Part shown: piece by piece, positions 44,525 through 56,300 of the stretch
Layout: the number at the start of each line of letters is the position of its first letter
How positions within the stretch are numbered: the first letter of the stretch is position 1
Assembly: GCA_964035545.1 (NCBI GenBank)
Contig: OZ037766.1
Coordinates: forward strand, 19,332,767 to 19,396,766
DNA length: 64,000 bases
From: Bugula neritina
Lineage: Eukaryota; Animalia; Bryozoa
Reading direction: 5' to 3'
Translations under genes and position numbers: made by a program
The notes under the pieces: model-generated
Seen by the model: the letters and a program-made list of their open reading frames with translations, nothing else
Told to the model about the DNA's origin: nothing
Database searches by the model: none

Positions 44525-46287
44525 CACTGCAAGGCTGGCAAACTCACATCTAAGCAGCGTAAAACCTACAACAACTACAAACACACTGGCAACCCCTTTT
44601 ATCTATCTAAATATAAGCTGGAAAGAAGATACACTAAGAATGAAGTAAGGAAAATGAAGAAAGATTTTCTTGTAAACCGAATCTGTGGGCCTCTTGCTAG
44701 AGGTAATTCTAAACCCTTTTTCAAGCACCTGAAAAAATCAATAACCAAATTCCCCCTCTCATTAGTCTTACAAACAACCAAAACAAACGTACTGAGGACC
44801 CCAAAGAATGCGCTGAGCTTCGCAACAACTTCTTCCAAGAACAATATTACAAGGGCCATCAGATAAGTAACACCCGGCCACGTAATAGTACCGGGGAAGA
44901 TATTGAAATATCTGATGATGGGATTGCAAAGCTGATAACAAATCTAAAAAACGGGAAATCGGCTAGTCCCGATGGAATCAGAAAATCTGATTTTTTGATA
45001 AACCTACCAAACACTGCTACCTGTCTTGGCCATATATCCCGTGACTCCCTTGCACACGGACGCCTGCCCAACCAATGAAAACAGCAAATGTAACACACAT
45101 TTACAAAGGAGGAGATGGGTCTTGTGCTAATAACTACAGACCCATTTCCCTCACCTCAATCCCGTGTAAGTTAATGGAGCACATAGTACTTCACTACCTA
45201 AACAAAAAACTTGACAGTATCTTACACAACCGTCAACATGGCTTTAGGAAGGGCATGTCATGTAAAATTCAACTCTGCGCTACGTACTATTACCTTGCAA
45301 AGACTATGGAATCTCGCAATACCACTCACGCACTGATATTACATTCTAAAAAGGCATTCGATAAAGTACAGCACGCCCTATTGCTGGAGAAGCTAAGACA
45401 GATCCCTAATCTCAATCCTACTATAACAAACTGGATAGAAGATTTTCTGACAGATCGCTGCCAACGAGTTGTGATAAAAGGCGAATATTCAAGTATGGTT
45501 TCGGTTACATCTGGTGTCCCCCAGGGCTCGGTCCTGGGACCGACTCTTTTCCTCCTGTATATAAATGACTTGCCCTCTGCTGTCTCTTGCAAGGTCAGCC
45601 TCTACGCTGATGACACGCTATTGTATCAAGAGGTAAATACTGAACCTGATTTCCAGAGATTTCAGAGTAACATAGATGCCGTAAGAGATTGGAGAATGCC
45701 TTTCGATACTTCTAAATGTTCTGCCATAAGCTTTGGGCCAAATAAACAACACCAGTCAAACTATACACTCGGGACCCAGCCACTAAAAGTGTAGCAGAAA
45801 GATTAGAAAGGATATAAAACAAAGCTGTAAGATACATAAGTGAACTGAAGGGTTGTGAAAGTGTCACTGATGCCAGAAACCAGCTTGGGTTGAAAACGTT
45901 AGCCAGTCGTCGAAGGGATCACCGAGCGGGACTGCTTGTCAGAATCCTCGGGGATGAGGAACACCACAGCGCACTCTTGAACAGTTACGATGAAATTATG
46001 AAAAGCAGATCAAAGACCACTATGTACACTCGTGCTGCCAGCCGTGGACAACTGAATTCAATATATGCTTCATCAAGCGTTTTCCGAGACAGTTTCCTTC
46101 CCAGGACAATACGCGATATGCGTCTATTACAAAATGAAACTGATGACTAATGTCAAACAGCATTACGCTGCAACTACAGACCATAGATTCTGCAACACCA
46201 TTTTTATTTAGCACACCTGAGGCGCTCCGCTCGTGCTTCTAGCAATCTCGAGCATGCAAAGGATACAGAGGTAATACAGAGGTAATA
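44525..46287 (+). mobile_element. Degenerate CR1-like LINE (copy 2)
   Basis: ORF 45075-45794 [45 protein letters not shown]; SFLPRTIRD C-terminus; short tandem tail ATACAGAGGTA x2. Confidence 0.92.
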
Positions 46288-46355
46288 ATTCATCGCATGA
46301 AAATGTCTAAATAAACAATATATTGTTTATTTAGACATTTTCAAGCGATGAATTA
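46286..46355. repeat. 70-bp spacer-less palindrome (35-bp arms, 1 mismatch)
   Basis: TAATTCATCGCATGAAAATGTCTAAATAAACAATA|TATTGTTTATTTAGACATTTTCAAGCGATGAATTA. Confidence 0.92.
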
Positions 46356-46429
46356 GAATATTAATTTGAAATATTTATAATACTAATATTGAATATGGAT
46401 ATTAAATATTAATATGATTGTCATTATGT

Positions 46430-47160
46430 AAATGAGTATTACTATTACTATTATTAATAGTAATACCGATACAGTATTACTAATAGTATTAGTATTATTA
46501 CTATTAGTATTACTACAGTACTGAGTATGGGTACTAGTACTACTACTAGGTACTACTACTAGTATACTACTACTAGTAGGCCTAGTAGTAGCAGTAGTAC
46601 TTTTATCAGTAGTACAGTAGTAAAAGTACTAATACTTATAGTCATATTGTTTACATAAATTAAAATTATCATTAATAAATATTAATATTTATTTATTATT
46701 AATCTATTACTATTAGGATTAGTATTACTATTCTATTAGTATTACTATTAACTATGAGATTGAGTACCAGTATGAGTATGTCACTTACTCTTACTGACTT
46801 ACTCTTACAGTTAGTCAGTAAGTTAGTGTTACTCTTAGTCTTAATATTACTATTAGTATTTACTATTAGTATAACTATAAGTATAAGTATAACTTATAAC
46901 TTATAAGTATGCGAGTATGACTATGAGTATGAGTATTACTATCAGATTTACTTTTACTTTTAGTATAACTATAGTATAAGTATAAGTATAACTATAAGTT
47001 TAAGTATTATACTTATAGTTATAGTTTAAGTTATAGTATTACTATTAGTATTACTATTACTATTAGTATTAGATTTAGTATTAGTAGTACTAGTAGTAGT
47101 AGGCTATTGCCAAACCAATAACTATAAGTGTCCTATACTTATAGTTATAGTATTATTATT
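46430..47160. repeat. Period-3/6 low-complexity mosaic (ACT/AGT/ATT/AAT/ATA words), left of the putative promoter
   Basis: For example ACTATTACTATTATTAATAGTAAT and AGTATAACTATAAGTATAAGTATAAC. Confidence 0.85.
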
Positions 47161-47164
47161 CATT

Positions 47165-47500
47165 AATTAGAAGATACTTTGGATGGCGAAACTGAACAAC
47201 TTGCTAAAAGTAGATGTTGAACTCATTCAGATAGATATTCGTATTCATATTGGATTTGGTTTAGATGAGATGACTTATTTTTCTTTCGCGTATTTGAAAT
47301 TGTCATAACGTCTACCAAAACTTCGATCTTATCGTGATAACACTGGGTGGGACAAGTCGCCGTTGACAAAATAAGCGTAAGCCGTATCGCCAAGTAGTAG
47401 ATAGTTGGTAGTCTTGTTATTGTAAATCGTAATTACGTGTAAGTTAAAGCTGTAACATAAAAATTACAATAATATATACTTATAGTAACGTCTTTTCAGT
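47165..47500. promoter_or_regulatory. Putative bidirectional promoter and 5'UTR exons for MRPL27 and TMF1
   Basis: The only CpG-enriched non-TE segment between two divergent genes whose first coding exons are both preceded by splice acceptors; strong plus-strand donor GTAAGT at 47439. The minus-strand donor was not pinned down. Confidence 0.5.
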
Positions 47501-47574
47501 TTCTATGTAGCTTACAAGATGAAAGTAAAAATGGAAAAAAAACTTGAAGTTAAATCAAATAAAATTCAAAATAA

Positions 47575-48680
47575 TTTACATATAGTTATACTTATAGTTA
47601 TAGTTATACTTACTACTACTACTAGTAGTACTACTACTACTAGTACTAGTAGTAGTTATACTTATACTTATAGTTATACTGATAACATTAACTGATTAAG
47701 TGATTAACTTATACTCAAGTTATATTCAAGTTAATGATAAATTATTAATCTGGTCACAGTATTACTATTATTATTAATAAATATAATAATCATAAAGATG
47801 TTGGTAATATCTCATGATAATAGTTAATACTAATAGTAATACTAATACAGTATTACTAATAGTAATAGTAATAGTCATCATTTGAAGTTGATGATCTTCA
47901 CTTGGACTTTTACAGTTTTAATGTCACTCACACTGTCATAGTGATAGTGATACTGATAGTGATAGTCATACTCATAGTCATATCATGATGATAATGATAA
48001 TAATAATAATGGTAATACTAATAGTAATAGTTATAGATTTAGAATATAGAATATCAATATGGATATGAATAATAAATCATGATAAGGATAACAATGATAA
48101 TATTAATGCAATTAGTAGTCATTGATTATCATTATGTTTATCCTAATGCTAATGATTGTTATATATTATTTAATATATTTATACCTGTAATATTGATTAT
48201 TATATTTATGATCATGACTAAATCTACTTTGAATTCAAATTGAATTCCTCTATCACAATGTAGCAGAACACCAAATTTAACATTGTCATAATTGTAATAA
48301 TTTAAATTTCTATGGCAATACTATTATTTATAGTAATACTCACACGTATAATAATACTGTAGCTGTTATACACCTAGTGCTACTACTACTATTACTACTA
48401 CTGCTGCTGTTGCTGCTGCTACTGTAGCAGTAGTAGTGGTAGTAGTAGTAGTAGTGGTAGTACTACTACTACTATAGTATCTAAATGTAAAGCTACTAGT
48501 AGTACTACTGCCATAATTACTATTAGTATTGTTAATAGGCCTACCACTAATAGTACCGTACTACGACTATTAGTATCATGCCTACTGTTGGTATTACTAT
48601 TAATTCAAGTATAGTAGCTACCACTACTACTATATCTACTAGTACTACTGCTACTACTACTTCTAAAAATGCTGTAGTAA
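47575..48680. repeat. Period-3/6 low-complexity mosaic, right of the putative promoter
   Basis: Mixtures of (TAC)n, (TAG)n, (GAT)n, TTATAG and GTGATA. Confidence 0.85.
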
Positions 48681-50323
48681 AAATAATTTGTAACCCTAAT
48701 TTCAAGGGCTTAATTTAGTTTTAATTAAAATTTTAATTTCAGCAATTTGATCTTTAATATAATTATTGAACTCAATGTAAGTGTTATTCATATAATTAAC
48801 TATGCATTATTGCTGGAAAATCTTATTCTTTACACAGCCTCATTATGGCTTTTGTTTATTCTGTTGTTGTGACTTGCTAGTTGCAACATATTTTATGACA
48901 TTAAGCTTGCATTTAGTAGCTGTGATACAATTAAAAATAGCATATGAAATTCTCTGCTCTTAAAAAAGTTACCAAAACATCAAATTTGTACTTCGAAACA
49001 TTTTCCAGGCAAAAATTCAAAACAGCTCTTGGTAAAATTAATGACCATTTATGATTAATGGTTGAAAATGACCGAACTAGCCAAAGACTAGGTTGATGCA
49101 GGGAGTGTAGCTTTAGATTGACAGTTTTGATATTTTGTGACTTTATATTATTAGAAATCTTCATAGGCAATGATATACGCATCAGAAAATTTAGTTCTAT
49201 TTTATAAGAACCCAAAGATATGGTGAATATTTAGATGATACCCTTTTGGGTGGTGGGATGTTATAGTTCATAGAATATATTTTTGCATTTCACAAAGCAT
49301 TTTGGTGGTTAAAAATTTATGGCAGACCTCAGACTTTCTTGTGGTGTAAAGAAGTACCGAATGAAAAATAAACTCATGGCCTTGTTTGAAAGAGTTATCT
49401 TTTTATCTTGATGAGCCGAAAAACCTACCTCATATGGATTTCATGAACTATCTTAGTCTAGAGAATCATTCTTATCCCCACTTGCACATGCTTATCTCTA
49501 TTAAATCTTAAAACAATAAAGAAAGTTGGAAAAGTATTTTTTGTGTTGTAGATCAGAAGAAATTGTCATGCTTAGGTAGGGTCTATGTCCAACAAGCAGC
49601 CCATGTAATAGACTCAACTCCTATTTTTCAACTTTGGTCTTCTAAGAAGTTTGTATTGTTCAATGTTCTTCACATTTTATCATGGCTTTATAATAGATTA
49701 TGTAGGTATAATACATTTGAAGATGTTGCAACTAAAGACACAATTTAGTGAAAATTGTGCAATGAGTGTTAGTATTATTTCAATAGTACTATAGTTGAGA
49801 AAAAAATTTCAATTTTTTGGCAGACACAAGGCCATTTTTAATTGAATCTTTAGCTATGGAGCTACTGTTATGTAAAATACTGTGTTTAATCAAGCCACTG
49901 TTAGAGTTACAGTAGAATAGCTCAATTGTGTGGTGAATTCTACAGGTATGCAGACCCTATATGCCTTTCATTTAAAAACTGCTACTACTCTTACTAGTAG
50001 TTGGTTATTTTTCACATTCTAAACATCTAAACTATAAATATCAAAGCTTGACAGAGGGGTTTGCATTCATTACATCTTTTAATAAAAAACTTATGATTTT
50101 TCACTGAACCTATGGGACAATGTGCGATTGTATTATTATCTAATATGTTTAGCATTGTATTATAATACCATACTATCTTTTAACCAATAACTATATTTTA
50201 TTTAGATGCCAAGTTGAAAATAAACTTGTATTATATTTGCATGATAATATGGCATATTTTCAAAAGTTTAAAATTATTTGTAGTATTCTTTGTTTAATGT
50301 AGGTACTCATAAAAAAATGAAAA

Positions 50324-53300
50324 ATGAGTTGGTGGGATGCTAAACAGATCACATCTTTAGCTTCAAATGCTTTCAAAAATGCCCAGAAAAGAATAGATAA
50401 AGTATTAGATATTCCAACAGAAGATGAGCCTGAGAAATCTTGTGCATCAGGTAAGTGCTAGTGGAATGTTGTTGTAGCTGTGGAGGAAGCAGCCATTTAC
50501 CATTTACTTTTATACAAAGTGGTAAGATGACTCCGAATGAGCACATTAAGTAGAGTTGCAGGTAGCTATTTTGAAATTCAGAAAGCAGTTTGACTGGCCA
50601 CCAACTAAGAAATAAAAAAACTATGAATGCAACCAATAATGAAATATTATTATTCTATAATTGCCTGCTTAACAACTTTAAGAGTTCAGTGTTATTCTAT
50701 GCATAACATTAGTCTGTTGCTATGGCAATTCTTTTTAGTAACATAATATAAAGGTTTATATCTCTTATGCATAAACCATAATTGTTGATGGCTTCAAGAT
50801 GCAAATAGAAATGCTGTGTTACATTTAGATGCATTTTCTGGTGAAAATGATGTAGGTCCCCAATCCAGCTGGTCTGCCTGGAGCACCCCTTCATCTTTCC
50901 TCTCTTCTCCCTCCAAGTCTACAGCAGTAACCTCTGAGGGATTTAGTCCAACTTTCCGTAAAGACTGTAAGTGGTTCTAGCTTTACATTAATCATCAACT
51001 ACTTGTAACAGGTGATGAGCAACTGCATGGAGTTGTAGTGTTAATGTGTGAATGTGAATTGAGTTGTTAGATCTGCAACATTAAAATAAAGATTTTTTGG
51101 TGTGAAAGTCCAAGACATTGCCAGTGGTATTGTAACTGCGAAAAACAAATATACATATTAAAAACCCAATGATAACAAAGCTGTATACAATATAAAATAA
51201 AATAATATTTTGAATGATTTGGCCTAGCACACAATTATACATATTATATAGCAGCATGAAAAGTTTAATATTGTGATAATAATCTGGATAATGGCTGGTT
51301 TATACCAGAAATTAAAAGTTAAAAAATGTGACATTGCTAGATTGATAAATTTTCATTATTTCAATTTTTTAAAGTAAAATAAAAGATTGAATTTCATTAG
51401 ACTGAAGTGTACTGCTTTATTGAATAAAGTAATAAACAAGCACATACTATCTCAGTTAGTCATCCATATTTTGTTGTACAACTACTGCTAATCTAGATAT
51501 TGAGTAAAATTGTAATGCTAATCAAAAGCTCGAAAGCAATACACCATTTATAATATTATAAGATTTATGCTTATTGAAACCATAATATTTCGCTGAATAT
51601 ATGTAATATAGGTTTTTTTAAACATGTTGATTGCAACTGTAATATTTTATTACAGTTGCAATCTCAATAACTTGCATTTCTGAAATTATATGTAATCAAA
51701 TCTCGCAGTAAACAAAATTAATACTAATTATCAATTAACTCATAGCATGCTAATTATCTCAAAAAATATTCATTGTATAAATTACTGCTGTTTCATTTTT
51801 AAAAAGTCAGTTGTAAACGTTATTTACTAGAAGAAATGATACAAATTTCTTGTAAGCCTGTGGTTTTGAGCTGGCATGCTTTTTGTACAGTTTATATATT
51901 TTTATAGCTACAGTAGCCACCACAAGTTCTCTCTCACAATCCCCTAATCCCAAAAGTGAACAGTCTTCCCCAAGACAGCACAAACATGTGGAAGAATCTC
52001 CAACGCCCAAAAAGTATGGCAAATTATTATTGTTCTAAGCAACATATTTATATACATGTATTTATAAAAACCAATTATGTTGTAGGCAATGCCATATTGC
52101 TTAACAAATGCATACAAATGTAGTCATAACAACTTTTAGATGTCTTCTCATTTTATTGGAGAAAATATAGTTTTAAATTTTTTATGATAGCGAAAAATTG
52201 GTAGCTGAAGTAAATACTTTAAGGTAAAGGAAACTAGTTCAGGTTCAAAACTCAGTAACATTGTATAATGTGATGTATAAATAGTATACTATGTCTTTAT
52301 ACCTTACTCTTTATTCTTATTGAGAGATTGTCTTCTTTTTATATCAGTAGAATGCTTGAGAATCATTCAATCTACTTCGTATAAATTCAAGTATCGGCTA
52401 TTGAATAAGGGGACCAAGTAGTCATTTTAAAACATTTATTTGAAATAGATGTAAATTTGTTCCTCAAGTAGCCAGGGTGATAAGGCTGAAAACAGCATTG
52501 TTTTTTTGTGAACAAGAGACAAGATCAAGAACATCAAATTAAAACCAGTAGCAGATACTTATTATGAATTTATTTCTCTCTACAGTAAATGTGGAAATAT
52601 AATATTAAGTCCAAGAGTTAAAACTCTGTCAGTGAACCAGTTGAGCAACACTTATACTGAGTTATACGTATAGGAAATGCAAAAAAAGAGTACGATTTAC
52701 TTTTTGCCTTAGATTACCATGTTGATATTATAAGTAGATCTGGAATGATTACTGTTAAGTGAATCAATTTGACACTAGTACTTCTTCAAGAAAAGCTAAG
52801 TTTCATATTAAAAATAATAAGCATACAATTGAGTAAAAGCTACAATGTTAAGTATGAGAGCAAAATACCCTTTCATCTTCCTGGTCTAGACTGTGAAAAA
52901 TTGTGTGGTTTTGCTAGCTCTTTTCTTTGATTTCATTGTTTGTATTTAGCGATTTTACCTATATTGCTAATGTTTACTTGCAATACTTGTATGAAATTAT
53001 ATCCATGACAACTTAGAGAGTGTAGTAGCAATGTGATACTTCTACTATGAAATTACAAACACTGGTAGAAATAAATTAGCACACATGTTGGTTTTTCAAG
53101 TTTTTGACTTATATACTAATGAAGTTGTTGAAATTGATAAATGCAGAAGTTTCATACATAACTATAAATTACTACTTCATTGTAGTATGTTGCAAGTTTT
53201 CACGGCAAAGGGTACTTTTTTTTTAAATATTATGTATGTGGTTATTCATGTCTTTTTGAATTAGAAATGTAGAATATTTTGAGATTCAAAGTATAATATT

Positions 53301-56300
53301 TTATAGATGATTTAATTTGATCAATAATAAGAGTATTTGTACATTTTCACATAAACCTACGATTTGCACTGAAACTAAACTAAAAATGCTTGTTCTCAAC
53401 AAGATCAGTGTCTGAGAAAGCTGATGAAATCTGATACAATTTGATATTGCACAACATTAATAAAAGACTTTCTGATTTCCTAACTTCAGGAAAACAATGC
53501 TCCACTTTCAAGTTGACATCGCAAGAAGGATCCTTATAAGCTTTGAGTTTTGCAGAAAGGAAACATAGATATTTGTTTTATGAATGTGATGTTGAACTGA
53601 GTAGATTAGTTGCAAGAATCTGGCTTGTACTGTAATTTCATGCTGTCAAATCAAAATAGTTTCAGACAATTGTTCATTGCCTTTTTAAAAGATATCTTGT
53701 AAACTAAAATATAAATAGTCGAAAAAAACACTCAACGCAATTAGACAGACATACATGGCGTTAGAGATTCCGAGGTCTTCTATGTAGCAATGATTTTGAC
53801 GTAGATAATTTGTGCTTACTATTTTGAAATCACTCGGTACACCTTCAAATGTGGCAAATATAACTGTTTTTACAGCTCTTGTGCTAAAACTATACTACTC
53901 ATAGGATTTAAGCATGTGTCTGATATATGCCTAATCAGTGTATTCTTCACACAAGCTCGCACACGCACACACGCACAGTTTTACATGTTTTGTCCAAAAA
54001 ATTCTGTTCCTATACCAAATACAACAAATACATTCGTGCATGCCCGACTGGGATGCGGTGCCTAATCACAGTGAGATAAGCTAGCGCTCATTTTTACTCT
54101 TGATAATATTTAGCCTAGGGCCACAATGTGCGTATTTTCGCATGCGAAAATTGAAACCACAAGTAGCAAAGGTGTCCACTGTACGCGTTGAGAAAACATT
54201 CGCACTTGTCGCTCAGCATTCCCAACACAAGTGCGAATCGTTTTTGTCGTTGTCACCTAATTGGCTGGTAATTATTCAGCGAGCCCAATTTCTTTATTTT
54301 AGTGCTACATTCCAGTAAATTGCGTTTTATTGAAAGCGAGTGCGATTTAAAAATGAAAGCTTTATTTATCCCGCATCACTGACGCTACAGTGGACACCTT
54401 TGCTACTCGTGATTTCAATTTTCGCATGCGAAAATACGAACCGTGTGGCCCTAGGCTTAGTGTTTCATGTCTTGACAATGCACTCTGAGTAAGTGTAAGG
54501 TGACTGCAGCATATTAGGCTTGTATTATAATGCTACATCACAACAGTTTTCCACCAAAATTGTGGTTAATTTGAAATTTAATTAATAAGTAAAATATTGA
54601 GAGATATGTTTTATAGATATAAGCGATTCCACAGAATATACAAAAGTTTGCTGAAACATTTATTCTTATCTTAGTCACATATTTAGCAAAGACTTCCAAA
54701 AATCAAATTTTTGGTCTACTTGCTGATTGCATGACCACAGAGTTTAAAATTAAAATCTATCGTAAGGCAATGAGTTATACTTTAAGCCAACAGGCAACCC
54801 CTTGAATGATATGTAATATTATAATATGATATTAAAATATTACGTTATGAGATAGTTGGACCTTTATTTAAGATAATGTGTTGAGTGTTGGTGGTGGCAG
54901 GTTGATGCCAACAGTGTGCCTAATACTCCAAACTGTGTATAGATTTGTGTGTACAATAGTTAAATACTGTATATACTGTATATATGCTATCTCTTGCAAA
55001 TATTTACAATGATGAACTTAGTCTACTTACACCCTTCATATATGTATTCATACATGCAGTTAAGCAGCCAAAACAAATAATGTTCTGCATTTGTAATTTT
55101 ATGGCATAAAGGTATTATTTTTGACACACTTCTTACAGGTGCGGCACTGTAAAGCTGGGGGCTGTTAGATTGAAGAAAATGAATGTTTGTGAACCTATCG
55201 TAACCGAGAAAGTTGCTGCCATGGGAACTAAAGACAACGTAGAGGATGCTGCCTTTTCTGTACCAGAAGTTCCAGGTGTTACAGAGTTTCATCGTGAAGA
55301 AGGCAAAACATTTACCACAGATACTCAACATTCTGAAGATCTCCAAAGTGCATCTAAGTCGCATGTTGGAAGTCCTTGCCATTCTGATATGCCTGTGGCT
55401 GATTGTAGTAGTCTGGAGCACATGCAGTCAAGTGATCAACTGCTTACTGAAGTGTTGCAACCTGCTGCAGAAGCAGGTAGTGGTTCTTCAAACACTGATC
55501 TTGCTACAGAATGTAAAGCTAATGTAGACTCAACTAGCAATGCAAATGCTACCTCATTTCCTCCATCAGATGTGCCCTCAGCTGCTGCAACCCCATCCTC
55601 TCTAGCATCTGCTGCTGATTTAAATGATGGTTTTGAACCGAATTCTTCATTACCTCCAGCAGACTTGTGTTTAAATCTTGCATCTCAAGAATCAGATCAA
55701 GCACCCGGCAATTACTCGCACCAAGATGACGCTGAACCATTAATAGAATCGTTTGTTGAAAATGTCGATTCTGATTTTTCAATAAAGGAAAACTTAGAAG
55801 AAGCATGTATGGAAATGGGCTTATCAAGTGAAAATGCGGCTTATGATGAGTTAGTAGAAGAGTCTGGGCAAAATGATACAGTTTCAGAGGAAACAGTTTT
55901 TATGGTTGCTGCCACCTGTGTTACACCAGGAGACACTATCATTAGAAGTAGCTCTTCAGACAACACTGTAACTGATCAGGTAAGTTCTTCATACTTTGTG
56001 TTGCAAATCGGTTTACTAATAATATAAATAATTAAGCAATGAAACATGTAAATTGTTCTTAAAATATTTATTAGTTTGAATTGTGGTCAAAAGTTTTTAG
56101 CAATTAGCTAGAATAATTTTTATGTTTGAACCTCAATTTACCTCACACATTCCGCTGATATGCATTATATTTTATTGTAGTTGTTCTGCTCAACATTATT
56201 ATAGTTTGTCGTTGTAACATGTCTCTAAGTAGGAATATGATGAGCTATTTCTGTTCTCTGCAGGGCACTGATGACCAGGTAACAGGTAAAAGTAAAGGAT

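Noticed and set aside
52586-52670. Possible extra TMF1 exon after a good acceptor (CTCTCTACAG)
   Set aside because: No convincing phase-2 donor before the stop codon; 52013 splices in frame directly to 55139.
55023-55827. Antisense and alternative-frame ORFs over the large TMF1 exon
   Set aside because: Shadow frames of a real coding exon, with no independent features.
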